This document shows positions 1-10,052 of a DNA stretch of 64,000 bases, one piece after another. The stretch is taken from the NCBI GenBank assembly GCA_965248115.1, contig CBDFII010000005.1, forward strand, positions 275,123 to 339,122. The letters run 5' to 3'. Below the pieces are notes generated by a model. The model made no database searches, was not told where the DNA came from, and worked only from the letters and a program-made list of their open reading frames with translations. A program made the translations under genes and the position numbers. How positions within the stretch are numbered: the first letter of the stretch is position 1; each line of letters begins with the position of its first letter. This DNA is from Dehalococcoidia bacterium (GTDB taxonomy: Bacteria > Chloroflexota > Dehalococcoidia > Lucifugimonadales > CBDFII01).

Positions 1-757
1 TGAGCTGGAGATCCTCTCGAATAAGCGACACCATCCTCTCCCGACCAACGGCCCCTAGCTCCTGTAAAGCATCCTCTTCAGATACGGCAAGGAATCGTTC
101 ACCATGCTCTTCGGCTATCTCTCTCGCAACGTCCACGAGATAATCGCCAACGTATCCCCCAGGGGGAAGCTCGGCGTTATGGCCCAGAGCCTGTTTGTAG
201 CGGGCGTATAGTGAGCGGTAGAAAGCCTCCATCTGGCTCCCGGCATCGTTGACGTAATACTCACGAGTGATCTGGTAACCCGCCGCAGCTAGGACAGAAG
301 CCAGAGTGCTGCCAAGTACAGCACCCCTGGTGTGGCCCACGTGGACTGGGCCGGTAGGGTTCACGCTGACGAACTCTACCATCACCCGTTGGCCCTTGCC
401 GATCTGGAGGGAGCCGTAGTCCTCGCCCGCCTGGCACACGGGCTCCACCTGCCTCCGTAGCCACTCGTCCCGTAGCTGGAAGTTGATGAACCCGGGAGGT
501 TCCACCCAGATGCGGTCGATTTCCTCTGATGCAGGTAAGTAGGCTACAAGGCGTTCGGCTATGACCATAGGGTTCATGTGGGCGGTTCGGGCCAGTCTCA
601 GGGGAAGACCGGTCGCGAAATCCCCGTGTTGGGGGTTGGCAGGATGCTCCACAGCGATTTCAGGCGATGAAGCCAAAGACACCACCCCCTCCTCACGTGC
701 CTGCTCTACAGCCAGTCGGATCTTCTCGACGATCAGGTCTCTAACGATGGGCACCAC
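1..757 (-). CDS. argS: Arginine--tRNA ligase (5' part; runs off window start)
   Basis: Manual translation of the minus strand: ..HGDFATGLPLRLAR..PGFINF..VEFVSVNPTGPVHVGHTRGAVLG..REYYVNDAG; HIGH-type motif (HVGH). GTG start near 757. Confidence 0.93.
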   Translation of the reverse strand, partial: MVPIVRDLIVEKIRLAVEQAREEGVVSLASSPEIAVEHPANPQHGDFATGLPLRLARTAHMNPMVIAERLVAYLPASEEIDRIWVEPPGFINFQLRDEWLRRQVEPVCQAGEDYGSLQIGKGQRVMVEFVSVNPTGPVHVGHTRGAVLGSTLASVLAAAGYQITREYYVNDAGSQMEAFYRSLYARYKQALGHNAELPPGGYVGDYLVDVAREIAEEHGERFLAVSEEDALQELGAVGRERMVSLIREDLQL

Positions 758-812
758 GGGGCTGTTGGCTACTCTCTGAAGTCTCTGATCACTCATGTGG
801 GGCTTAGCGAAC

Positions 813-1220
813 CTACTTGGGGTCTTCGGCGAGCTGGAACAAGATGCCAAGCGAATCTTTGATGTCGATGTTGGCAGTGTAGTAACCATGTGGGCTCTGA
901 GTGACGCCGTCCTCTCCCCGCAGAGTGTTACCCTTGGCCATCAGCTCCTGGGCTACCTCGTGGATGTTCTCCACACCCCAAGCTACATGGTAGACGCTGG
1001 GCCCGTTCTTTTGGAGAAATTCGCCGATGCCGCTGTCGGGCTTGGTGGGCTCGGTGAACTCGATGAGGGTCTGGCCTACACGGTAAAGGGCGTTCTTGGT
1101 CCCCAGGTTCTCGGCATGCTCCAGCTTATGGGGCTTCATCCCGAAGTTCCTATCCATGTAGGCTACCATCTCGTCCCGATCCCTCACGATGTAGTGGACA
1201 TGATGGACGAATTCGAACAC
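813..1220 (-). CDS. VOC/glyoxalase family protein (methylmalonyl-CoA epimerase-like)
   Basis: HHVHYIV..IEF..FLQKNGPSVYHVAW pattern of VOC fold. Confidence 0.8.
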   Translation of the reverse strand: MFEFVHHVHYIVRDRDEMVAYMDRNFGMKPHKLEHAENLGTKNALYRVGQTLIEFTEPTKPDSGIGEFLQKNGPSVYHVAWGVENIHEVAQELMAKGNTLRGEDGVTQSPHGYYTANIDIKDSLGILFQLAEDPK

Positions 1221-1323
1221 GGCTCCTCCTTTCTCAACTAGAGCTGCTTTAATAGTATATTTAAATGTGCCGCATCGCTGACGGCCAAATTCTATCCCAG
1301 GCCCAGATAGAGAGTCAACGTCT

Positions 1324-3834
1324 TTAGCTCACTTCGCCGCTCACCTGGTCGACGAAACGGGCTACCTCAATCGCGAGCCCTTTATGGGTAGGGTCTTGGA
1401 GGTGGGGATCGCTTTTAAGCAGTTCCTCAGCCTCCTCACGGGCCATCTTCAGCAGGTCCCGGTCCGAAAGGCGGGCCATTCTCAAAGTGGGTAGACCACT
1501 CTGGCGGGTGCCAAAGAAGTCCCCAGGCCCTCGGAGTCGCAGGTCCTCCTCGGCCAGTTGAAAGCCGTCGCGGATCTGCTCCACTGCACGAAGCCGTTCT
1601 CTTGCCTCCGGTGACGGGTCATCGGCCAAGAGAAAAGAGTAGCTCTTGTGGTCCCCTCGCCCCACCCGGCCTCGGAACTGGTGCAGTTGAGCCAATCCAA
1701 AGCGGTCGGCCCCCTCGACCACCATCACGGTGGCGTTGGGAACATCTATCCCCACTTCCACCACAGGAGTAGACACCAGCACGTCCAGTTCACCGTCTCG
1801 GAACCGCCGCATTACCGCCTCCTTGTCTCGCGATGCCATCCTGCCATGCAGCAGGGCTAGCCGCAGGTCGGGAAAAACCTCAACGGAGAGACGCTGATAC
1901 TCTTCGGTGGCCGCCCTGGTCTCCACCTTTTCAGACTCTTCTATCAGAGGGCAGACTACGAAAGCTTGGCGGCCCTGGTTCACCTGCTGCCGCACAAAGT
2001 CGTAAGCCTTTCCTCTCTGCGCCGGCGAGACCCACCGAGTAACCACCTGCTGACGCCCGGGGGGAAGCTCGTCTATGGTGGAGATGTCCAGGTCGCCGTA
2101 AAGGGTGAGGGCCAGAGTGCGAGGTATGGGGGTAGCCGACATCACTAGCACGTGGGGGGAAAGCTCCGTCTTCTGCCTGAGGGAAGCCCGCTGAAGCACC
2201 CCGAATCGCTGCTGCTCATCCACCACTGCTAGAGCTAGATTAGGAATCTCTACGTCTTCCTGAATGAGGGCATGGGTACCTACGACGATATCTAGCGTCC
2301 CCTCTGAGGTCCATTGTAAAAGCTCCCGTCTCACCGTAGCCCTGGTGCTGCCAGTGAGAAGCCCCACCGATATGGGTCGGGGATGAGGGGGTAAGTACGC
2401 CGTAATCACTCCCTCCTTCTGGACAGGGCGGGCAAGGCCAGATAGAAGGCTGGCAATGGTAGCGAAATGCTGCTCCGCCAGGAGTTCGGTGGGGGCCATC
2501 ATGGCACCCTGCTGCTCTCCAGCGGCTACTACCAGCAACGCCGCCAGAGCCACCACCGTCTTGCCACTTCCCACCTCGCCCTGGAGCAGTCGATTCATTG
2601 GCGGGGTGCCTCGTTCGAGGTTTCCCAAAACCTCCCTTAGGCACCGCTTCTGAGCCTTGGTAAGGGTGAAGGGCAGTGACTTAACGAAGTTGCGCACCAC
2701 TGTAGGCTGGCCTTTAATGGCCAGCCCCTGCTCCCCATCCTCCCACTGCTGGCGACGCATGAGCACCGCCGATTGGAGAAGGAACAGCTCATCGAAGGCC
2801 AGGCGCCAGCGTGCGGCCTCCCAGGCATTTTGGTCGTCAGGATAGTGGGCCTGTATGATAGCCTCGGGTAGGGGAATCAACCCTGCTCTTTCCACCACGC
2901 CTTGGGGCAGGAAGTCCTCTATTAAGGGAAGCCAACGCTCCAGGGCCTGCCAAGCGATTCGCCGCATGGTGCGGGAGGGTATTCCCTCGGTTAGGGGGTA
3001 TACGGGCACCAGTCTCCCCGTGTGTAAGGAGCTATGTTGCCTGTCCAGCAGTTCGTACTCCGGTGACTGGAACACCTTTTGGCTCTTGAACAGCTCCACC
3101 TTTCCGCTGACAGCGATTCTAGAATTGGTTCGAAGGTTGCGCGCCAGGTAGGGCTGACCAAACCACATGACTCGCACGTTGCCCGTCTCGTCGCTCAACA
3201 CAGCCTCGGTGGACTTGAGGCGTTTTTTACCTACAATAGTCTCGTGAGCCTCCCACACGGTGGCGATGATTGTCTGCTCTAGCTCGGGCACCAACTGGGC
3301 GATCTTAACCACCTTGGAGTAGTCGATATGTCGTCGAGGGAAGAGGTATAGGAGATCGCGGACGCTCTTCACCCCAAGGCGCTCCAGACGAGAGGCGAGG
3401 CGTGAGTTTACACCCGCTATTCGGTCAGCGGGGGAGTCCAGGGAGAGACCCTGGGGGGGTAGGATACGTTCAGTTACAAGTCTTTTCGATGTCGGTGCCG
3501 CCTTCTGCTGCCCTCCATCATCTTCTTCCTTGGATGCTGAGGATGTGGAAGTCTCTTCCCAAGCCGCGGTGAGAGGGCTATCCAGCAGAGCCGGCCATCT
3601 GGTCGCCCACTCCTCCCGCTCGCTTGGAGTCATACTGGAGTAGCTCTTCTCAAGCAGCTCAGTGGCCAAGACCGAGTCTTTCACGCCCTGACTGATTTCT
3701 GTCGTCCACCGCTGAAGGAGGCGATCCAATCCTCCCACGACGGCAGAATCTATGTAACCGCGCTCCTGTTCCAGCCTCAAAATCTTCTTTAATGTGTCGA
3801 GACTGAAGGAGGTAGTGGTTGTTCTGGAAGGCAT
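1324..3834 (-). CDS. recG: ATP-dependent DNA helicase RecG
   Basis: RLLQGEVGSGKT, VDEQQRFG, MSATPIPRTL, QFRGRVGRG, TRQSG motifs. Confidence 0.97.
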   Translation of the reverse strand: MPSRTTTTSFSLDTLKKILRLEQERGYIDSAVVGGLDRLLQRWTTEISQGVKDSVLATELLEKSYSSMTPSEREEWATRWPALLDSPLTAAWEETSTSSASKEEDDGGQQKAAPTSKRLVTERILPPQGLSLDSPADRIAGVNSRLASRLERLGVKSVRDLLYLFPRRHIDYSKVVKIAQLVPELEQTIIATVWEAHETIVGKKRLKSTEAVLSDETGNVRVMWFGQPYLARNLRTNSRIAVSGKVELFKSQKVFQSPEYELLDRQHSSLHTGRLVPVYPLTEGIPSRTMRRIAWQALERWLPLIEDFLPQGVVERAGLIPLPEAIIQAHYPDDQNAWEAARWRLAFDELFLLQSAVLMRRQQWEDGEQGLAIKGQPTVVRNFVKSLPFTLTKAQKRCLREVLGNLERGTPPMNRLLQGEVGSGKTVVALAALLVVAAGEQQGAMMAPTELLAEQHFATIASLLSGLARPVQKEGVITAYLPPHPRPISVGLLTGSTRATVRRELLQWTSEGTLDIVVGTHALIQEDVEIPNLALAVVDEQQRFGVLQRASLRQKTELSPHVLVMSATPIPRTLALTLYGDLDISTIDELPPGRQQVVTRWVSPAQRGKAYDFVRQQVNQGRQAFVVCPLIEESEKVETRAATEEYQRLSVEVFPDLRLALLHGRMASRDKEAVMRRFRDGELDVLVSTPVVEVGIDVPNATVMVVEGADRFGLAQLHQFRGRVGRGDHKSYSFLLADDPSPEARERLRAVEQIRDGFQLAEEDLRLRGPGDFFGTRQSGLPTLRMARLSDRDLLKMAREEAEELLKSDPHLQDPTHKGLAIEVARFVDQVSGEVS

Positions 3835-3871
3835 TTCAGGGAAAAGTTTAGCACGAACCAGGGAGCAAAAG

Positions 3872-4711
3872 TTAGTGGCCCGCTATGACTGCCATTCCCA
3901 CAGCCCCTGGCCCCAGGTAGGTCCCTAACACCGGGCCAAAGCGACATACCATGATCTCATCTCTGGGCACCAGTTCGCCCAGATGCTGGCAGAGGGCCTC
4001 GGCATCCTCGGGACTAGTGCTGTATGCAACGCAAAGCTCCTTTATTGACGCAAATTCCCTCGCCATCTGCTCCATCTTGGCCAGGCCCTGGGATCTTGTT
4101 CGAACTCGCCCCAACGGGTGAGCCTCTCCCTCCCTGACGGTAATAATGGGCTTTATCCGCAGAAGCGAGCCCAGAAAGGCCTGCGCCTTGCCAATGCGCC
4201 CACCCTTTTGAAGGTACTCCAGAGTATCCAGGAGACAGAAGCAGTGAGTATGGGGTAGGGAGCGTTCCACCCCCTCCACCACCTCTTGGCAGGAGGCGCC
4301 ACCCTGGACCATCTGAGCAGCTTCTTTGGCCACCAGTCCCAGCGCTATGGCAGCTTGCTGAGTGTCGATGATGTGAATGCGTCCCCCATCCCCAAGTGCC
4401 TCCCGTGCCTGGATCGCTGAGTTGAAAGTGCCGCTCAGCTTGGCCGAAATGTGTACAGAAACTATCTCGTCCCCTGCCTCAGCTAGCTCTCGATACACCT
4501 GGAGAAAATCGCCTACCGAGGGTTGGGAGGTAGTAGGCAGCTTAGGGGTGGAGACCAGGCGTTGGTAGAAATCGTCCGGAGTGATGTCGATACCATCTTT
4601 GTACACTTGGTCTTCAAAGTGAACGTTCAGAGGGACCACGGTTATATCCAATTCCCGGGCCATGTCTGGAGGCAGGTCCGAGGTACTGTCGGTCACAACC
4701 TTTACCGCCAT
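3872..4711 (-). CDS. DegV family fatty acid-binding protein
   Basis: VTDSTSDLP, TSQPS, SAKLSGT, LQKGGRIG; adjacent to DAK2 gene. Confidence 0.93.
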   Translation of the reverse strand: MAVKVVTDSTSDLPPDMARELDITVVPLNVHFEDQVYKDGIDITPDDFYQRLVSTPKLPTTSQPSVGDFLQVYRELAEAGDEIVSVHISAKLSGTFNSAIQAREALGDGGRIHIIDTQQAAIALGLVAKEAAQMVQGGASCQEVVEGVERSLPHTHCFCLLDTLEYLQKGGRIGKAQAFLGSLLRIKPIITVREGEAHPLGRVRTRSQGLAKMEQMAREFASIKELCVAYSTSPEDAEALCQHLGELVPRDEIMVCRFGPVLGTYLGPGAVGMAVIAGH

Positions 4712-4741
4712 GCTAAATCCTCCTCACACCTCTGAGTCTGG

Positions 4742-6421
4742 CTACTCCAAGGAAGCGATGTAATGATATAAAGGCTGCCCTCCCTCAACCACCTCGACCT
4801 CTAGCCCAGGGATGCGCTTTTGGAGCTGGGAGACAGATTGACGGATCTCTTTTTCTTGCACTTCGTTTCCCCAATACAAGGTTAATAGATTGCCAGCTGA
4901 GGCTTCCGCCTTTCGCAGGGTCTCCACCAGCACTCGGTGGAGGGACTCGCCAACCGCCACCACCTCTCCCTCTAATAGTCCCATTAATTGCCCTTTCTTG
5001 ATACTTAGCCCGGCCACCCTGGCTGCCCTGACAGCTCGAGTGACCTCAATGCTCTTCAGCGTGCCCAAGGCCCTCTGCATAGCCTCCAAGTTATGCTCTA
5101 TAGTCTCCTCCGGGTTAAAGGCCAGGAGGGCGGCGATCCCTTGGGGTAGAGAAGTAGAGGGAACTACGTGCACCTTCAATTCGGTCATAGAGGCCACCTG
5201 ACGGGCCGCTGGGAGGATGTTGGAGTTGTTAGGCAACATTATGACATTGGAAGCCCCGGTGGCATTAGCGGCGTCCAGAAGCTCCTTGGTGCTGGGGTTC
5301 ATGGTCTGGCCACCAGCTACCAGTCCTTTGCACCCTAGCTCCTCAAACAGATGAGCAAAGCCCTCCCCCCACACCACTCCGACCATCGCCACCTCGTGGG
5401 CTGCCCGCTGGCTGCGGTGGATGGATACGAACTCCTGGTGCTGATCATCGATGTTGTCAATTTTTACCTGGCTTATGGTGCCCAGGGAGACGGCATAGCT
5501 GATCAGGGATCCCGGGTCGAAGGTGTGGATGTGGACCTTCACCAGACGATCGTCGCCCACGGCCACCGTGGAGTCGGCCATGGTAGAGAGCTTCGGGCGT
5601 ATCTCGTCCAACAGCAGGCCCTGGCCCTGGATGAGAAACTGAACACAGTAGCCGTAAAGCTGCTCCTCTGTGGCGGCCAGGTATTCTTCCTGGACTTGAG
5701 GCATAGTTATAGGCTGACCCTGGGAGGGTGAGCACAGCTCAATCTGGGCCTCCTCCACATCCTTACCCATAAGCTCGCAAAGGGCACCCTCTAATAGAAT
5801 AGCCACCCCTTGCCCTCCGGCGTCCACTACCCCCGCCTCTCGCAATACGGGGAGCTGGAGGGGGGTGCGGGATACAGTCTCCTTGCTCGCCTTGACCACC
5901 ACCTGCATCAAGGTACCCAGATCATCGCAACCTGCATTGAGACACTCCTGAGCGGCCATTGAGAGCTCGCGAATGACGGTGAGCATGGTGCCCTCCACAG
6001 GCCTGCCCACCGCCTTGTATGTCGCCGACGAAGCTAGTTGTAAGCCCTTTCCTAAATCTTGAGCGCTTAGCTCAGTTTTCCCCTCAAATCCTTTAGCTAG
6101 GCCGTCAAGGAACTGGGAAAGGATGACACCGCTGTTGCCCCGGGCCCCCAGAAGGGCTCCGTAGGCCATGGCAGCCATGACCACCTCCGCCGAGGAGTCT
6201 GTCACCTTAGCGGCGTCTTCGTTGACGGAGCGCATGGTCAGGAGCATATTGGTCCCCGTGTCGCCATCTGGCACAGGGAAGACGTTCAGGGCGTTGACTG
6301 CATCTCGATGTCGCTCCAAGCAGCGGGTACCGGCAGCGAACATCCGCTTCAGATCGTCGCCGTTCAGGGAAGTTATCTTGGCTAAGTCCTGGCCAGGGAG
6401 CATGTCATTCCTTGCCAACAC
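4742..6421 (-). CDS. DAK2 domain fatty acid kinase subunit A (FakA/YloV-like)
   Basis: LNVFPVPDGDTGTNM, GARGNSG, DAGG, GGQTMNPS; start could be ATG at 6403. Confidence 0.93.
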   Translation of the reverse strand: MLARNDMLPGQDLAKITSLNGDDLKRMFAAGTRCLERHRDAVNALNVFPVPDGDTGTNMLLTMRSVNEDAAKVTDSSAEVVMAAMAYGALLGARGNSGVILSQFLDGLAKGFEGKTELSAQDLGKGLQLASSATYKAVGRPVEGTMLTVIRELSMAAQECLNAGCDDLGTLMQVVVKASKETVSRTPLQLPVLREAGVVDAGGQGVAILLEGALCELMGKDVEEAQIELCSPSQGQPITMPQVQEEYLAATEEQLYGYCVQFLIQGQGLLLDEIRPKLSTMADSTVAVGDDRLVKVHIHTFDPGSLISYAVSLGTISQVKIDNIDDQHQEFVSIHRSQRAAHEVAMVGVVWGEGFAHLFEELGCKGLVAGGQTMNPSTKELLDAANATGASNVIMLPNNSNILPAARQVASMTELKVHVVPSTSLPQGIAALLAFNPEETIEHNLEAMQRALGTLKSIEVTRAVRAARVAGLSIKKGQLMGLLEGEVVAVGESLHRVLVETLRKAEASAGNLLTLYWGNEVQEKEIRQSVSQLQKRIPGLEVEVVEGGQPLYHYIASLE

Positions 6422-6563
6422 TCAAGAGGTATGATATGGTAGCTAGACAGGATTCTACAAGAAGTGGGAAAGCCAGTCAAACGAGGCGATCAAACGCCTC
6501 GATGTTGTAAATAGGGGTTACACTTCCTACATCGATCCAGGGCACCTTGGGTGGAGTTACAAG

Positions 6564-6749
6564 ATGAAGTGCCAGGTCTGCGGCAAGGTTGGAATGTCAG
6601 GCAACAACGTGAGCCACTCTAAGCGGCGAACCAAGACTCGATTCCTGGGTAACACCCATAAGATGACACTTCAGGTGAACGGTCAAGCTGCAAGAGTCAA
6701 GATATGCACCCGTTGCCTCAGGACATTACACAAGCCCCCTCGGCGCTAA
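6564..6749 (+). CDS. rpmB: 50S ribosomal protein L28
   Basis: CQVCGK..GNNVSHS..CTRCLRT. Confidence 0.96.
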   Translation: MKCQVCGKVGMSGNNVSHSKRRTKTRFLGNTHKMTLQVNGQAARVKICTRCLRTLHKPPRR

Positions 6750-6761
6750 GAGAAACCAAAG

Positions 6762-7457
6762 TTAGGCGAAGCTGTCCCTCAGGTGCTTAAGGGCCTGTTC
6801 CAGAGTCTCTCCCTGATCGAATATTGCCGAGCCTGCTACCAGTACAGTGGCCCCTGCCTTTACCGCTGCTGGAGCAGTTTCGCTATTAATGCCTCCATCC
6901 ACCTGTAACTCTATGCCATAGCCCTTCTCGTCTAGCATGCCTCGAAGACGGGCAACTTTTTGTAGTGCTTCGGAGATAAGCTTTTGGCCTCCAAATCCGG
7001 GGTTAACGGTGGACACCAGCACAATGTCTACGTAGGGCAACAGCTCCTCCACGGCGGCAATGGGCGTTGCCGGATTAATGGCGATACCGGCCTTAAGCCC
7101 CTCCTTCTTTATCTGGTCAATTAACCGGTGCAGATGGAGTGAGGCCTCGCTATGGACAATGAGGTGACTGGCCCCCGCTCTAACGAAATCGGTGAGGAGT
7201 CGCTCAGGCTCTACGATCTGAAGGTGGACATCAAGGGGCAGTTGAGTGGAGGAGCGGATGCTTTCGATGACAATAGGGCCAAAGCTGAGGTTGGGGACAA
7301 ACTTCCCATCCATCACATCAATGTGGATGTAGTCTGCCCCGCCGCGGGTCAGCTCTTCCACCTGCTCCCCAAGCCGGCGGAAGTCTGCTGAGAGGATGGA
7401 AGGGGCGATCTTGACCCGCCTTTTAGAGGTCGTCTCACCCCGACTCGTTAAGGTCAT
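6762..7457 (-). CDS. rpe: Ribulose-phosphate 3-epimerase
   Basis: IAPSILSADF, HIDVMDGKFVPN, VNPGFGGQ, VDGGI. Confidence 0.96.
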   Translation of the reverse strand: MTLTSRGETTSKRRVKIAPSILSADFRRLGEQVEELTRGGADYIHIDVMDGKFVPNLSFGPIVIESIRSSTQLPLDVHLQIVEPERLLTDFVRAGASHLIVHSEASLHLHRLIDQIKKEGLKAGIAINPATPIAAVEELLPYVDIVLVSTVNPGFGGQKLISEALQKVARLRGMLDEKGYGIELQVDGGINSETAPAAVKAGATVLVAGSAIFDQGETLEQALKHLRDSFA

Positions 7458-8784
7458 TCCCTACCTCCAAATTGGTCCTGGCCTTCGTGAGAGCTTCTCT
7501 AACCTGAGAGGGGGCCGTTCCTCCCTTCACATTGCGGGCAGCCACCGAGCTAGATGGTGTTAGCTGGTACACCTCATCGCCAAAGAGAGGGGAGTGCCGG
7601 CGGTACTCCTCCAGAGTAAGCTGGCTGAACTCCTTGCCCTGTGAGATGGCGTATCGACAGAGCTTTCCCACAATACTGTGGGCTTCGCGGAAGGGTACCC
7701 CCTTCCCAACCAGGCAGTCGGCTAGATCAGTCGCCAGCATGTAGCCCAGGCCGGCGGCATTCTCCACTCGGTCAACGTTCACCTCCATGGTAGCTACCAT
7801 CCCAGCCATCACCTCTAGGGTGTCGAGGAGGGTATCTACCGTGTCGAAGAAACCCTCCTTGTCCTCCTGAAGGTCCCGGTTGTAGGCAAGGGGCAATCCC
7901 TTGAGCGTAGTGAGGATGCCCAGCAGGTGGCCGTAAACTCGGCCCGTTTTACCTCGGGAAAGTTCGGCGAAGTCGGGGTTTCGCTTTTGGGGCATGATAC
8001 TGCTGCCGGTGACGAACTCCTCCGCCAGCCTCACGAAGCCGAACTCTTGCGATGACCACAGTACCAGCTCTTCGGAAAGGCGGGAGAGGTGCATCATGTA
8101 GATGGCAGCGGCAGATTGGTAGTCCACCAGGAAGTCTCGATCTGAGACGGCATCCATGCTGTTGGTGCTTATTAAGGCAAACCCCAGCTCTTTGGCTAAA
8201 AACTCCCTATCAATGGGGTACGGTACACCAGCGAGGGCCCCGCTGCCCAGGGGAAGCACGTCGGCGCTGCTGTAGCTGTGGCGAAAGCGCTCGACATCCC
8301 GCTCCAGCATCTCAAAGTAGGCCAGCATATGGTGGGCGAAGAGCACCGGCTGGGCCCGTTGCAGGTGGGTGTAACCGGGCATCACTACCTTCTCATAGGC
8401 TTCCGCCCGATCCAAAAGGGCTTTTTGAAGCTCCCGAATACCCGCTATAGTCTTGTTAATTACATCTTTGGCGTACATCCGCATGTCTAGAGCCACCTGG
8501 TCGTTGCGAGAGCGCCCCGTGTGCAGTTTGCCCGCTGTGGGGCCGATCCGCTCCTGGAGGCGTGCCTCGATATTCATATGGATGTCCTCCAGCTCGTCGT
8601 GCCAGGGGAAGTCGCCCTTTCCTATCTCCTCAAGGATGGAGACCAGGCCCATAATGATGACCTCTGCATCTTTGTCGGTGATGATGCCCTGGTGGGCCAG
8701 CATGCGGGTGTGAGCTATAGAACCGGCGATGTCCTGTCGATATAGCCGCCGGTCGTAGTGGAGGGAAACGGTGTACTTATTCAT
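7435..8784 (-). CDS. argH: Argininosuccinate lyase
   Basis: HTGRSRNDQ, GYTHLQRAQP, GSSIMPQKRNPD. Confidence 0.97.
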   Translation of the reverse strand: MNKYTVSLHYDRRLYRQDIAGSIAHTRMLAHQGIITDKDAEVIIMGLVSILEEIGKGDFPWHDELEDIHMNIEARLQERIGPTAGKLHTGRSRNDQVALDMRMYAKDVINKTIAGIRELQKALLDRAEAYEKVVMPGYTHLQRAQPVLFAHHMLAYFEMLERDVERFRHSYSSADVLPLGSGALAGVPYPIDREFLAKELGFALISTNSMDAVSDRDFLVDYQSAAAIYMMHLSRLSEELVLWSSQEFGFVRLAEEFVTGSSIMPQKRNPDFAELSRGKTGRVYGHLLGILTTLKGLPLAYNRDLQEDKEGFFDTVDTLLDTLEVMAGMVATMEVNVDRVENAAGLGYMLATDLADCLVGKGVPFREAHSIVGKLCRYAISQGKEFSQLTLEEYRRHSPLFGDEVYQLTPSSSVAARNVKGGTAPSQVREALTKARTNLEVGNDLNESG

Positions 8785-8799
8785 GACGAGAACCCTTAC

Positions 8800-9999
8800 C
8801 TACCGGCCCGTCTCCTCCTCATGCTGCGCCTGGGCTTGAGTGCGAACGGGAAGGCCGTAGAGCGATATGAAGCCCTCGGCTGAGCGGTGGTCGAACCGGT
8901 CTTTTCGATCATAGGTAGCAAGCTCATGTTTATAAAGAGCGTAGGGAGAGCTCCTTCCTACTACGGTGCAGCTCCCTCGGTGGAGACGCAGACGCACGGT
9001 GCCGCTAACGAACCTTTGGGTGCTCTGTACATAGGCGTCCAGGTCACGGCGGTGGGCGGTGAACCAGAGGCCGTTGTAGACCACGTCGGCGTACTCCTGG
9101 GCTATGCGCATTTTCGTGCGTACCTGCTCCTTGCCCAGGGTTATGGTCTCCAAAGCCTTGTGAGCAGAGTGAAGCACAACCGCCGCCGGGGCCTCGTACA
9201 CCTCCCTGGACTTGATGCCCACCAGACGGTTTTCTACGTGGTCTATCCGGCCTACGCCGTGCTCACCTGCTACCCGGTTTAGATGCAGAATAAGGTCCAC
9301 CTCATTCATAGATTCGCCGTCCAGGGCTACCGGCAGCCCCCCCTCGAAGGCAACCTCCAGGTACAGAGGCTCCTGGGGTGTTGAAGCTATGCTTTGGGTC
9401 CAGGCATAGGCCTCCTCTGGAGGCTCCAGCCAGGGGTCTTCTAGATCTCCTGCCTCAACACTCCTTCCCCACAGATTCTCGTCTACCGAGTAGCGGCTGT
9501 CTCTCATCTGTAGGGGGATATTGCGGGCTCGGGCGTATTCTATTTCCTCTTCGCGGCTCATGCCCCACTCTCTAATGGGAGCGATGACCTTGAGGTCTGG
9601 GGCAAGAGCGGCCACGGAGACCTCGAAGCGCACCTGGTCGTTTCCCTTGCCGGTGCAGCCGTGAGCTACGGCGTCGGCCCCCTCTTTACGGGCCACCTCC
9701 ACCAGCTGGCGGGCAATGAGGGGCCGGCCCAATGCGGTAGCCAGGGGGTACTGATCCTCGTAGACAGCATCGGCCTGAAGGGCGGGAAAGACGAACTCGC
9801 GGACAAATTCATCCTTCCCATCGACAGCCACCGCCTTTTGGGCACCAATGTTAAGGGCCCTCTGTCGGCTCCCCTCTAGGTCAGAGCCGCCCAAATCCGC
9901 CGTGAGGGTTATTATCTGGGCATTGAAGCGCTCTTGAAGCCAGGGAATAGCTACCGAGGTATCCAGGCCACCGCTATAGGCGAGAACGATCCTCTCCAC
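8800..9999 (-). CDS. argG: Argininosuccinate synthase
   Basis: LAYSGGLDTS, HGCTGKGNDQVRF, ENRLVGIKSRE. Confidence 0.97.
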   Translation of the reverse strand: MERIVLAYSGGLDTSVAIPWLQERFNAQIITLTADLGGSDLEGSRQRALNIGAQKAVAVDGKDEFVREFVFPALQADAVYEDQYPLATALGRPLIARQLVEVARKEGADAVAHGCTGKGNDQVRFEVSVAALAPDLKVIAPIREWGMSREEEIEYARARNIPLQMRDSRYSVDENLWGRSVEAGDLEDPWLEPPEEAYAWTQSIASTPQEPLYLEVAFEGGLPVALDGESMNEVDLILHLNRVAGEHGVGRIDHVENRLVGIKSREVYEAPAAVVLHSAHKALETITLGKEQVRTKMRIAQEYADVVYNGLWFTAHRRDLDAYVQSTQRFVSGTVRLRLHRGSCTVVGRSSPYALYKHELATYDRKDRFDHRSAEGFISLYGLPVRTQAQAQHEEETGR

Positions 10000-10052
10000 C
10001 GTCTGTCTGTCCCTTTATGTCTGGTCAGATTGAGTCATTCTTGGTTGCGATT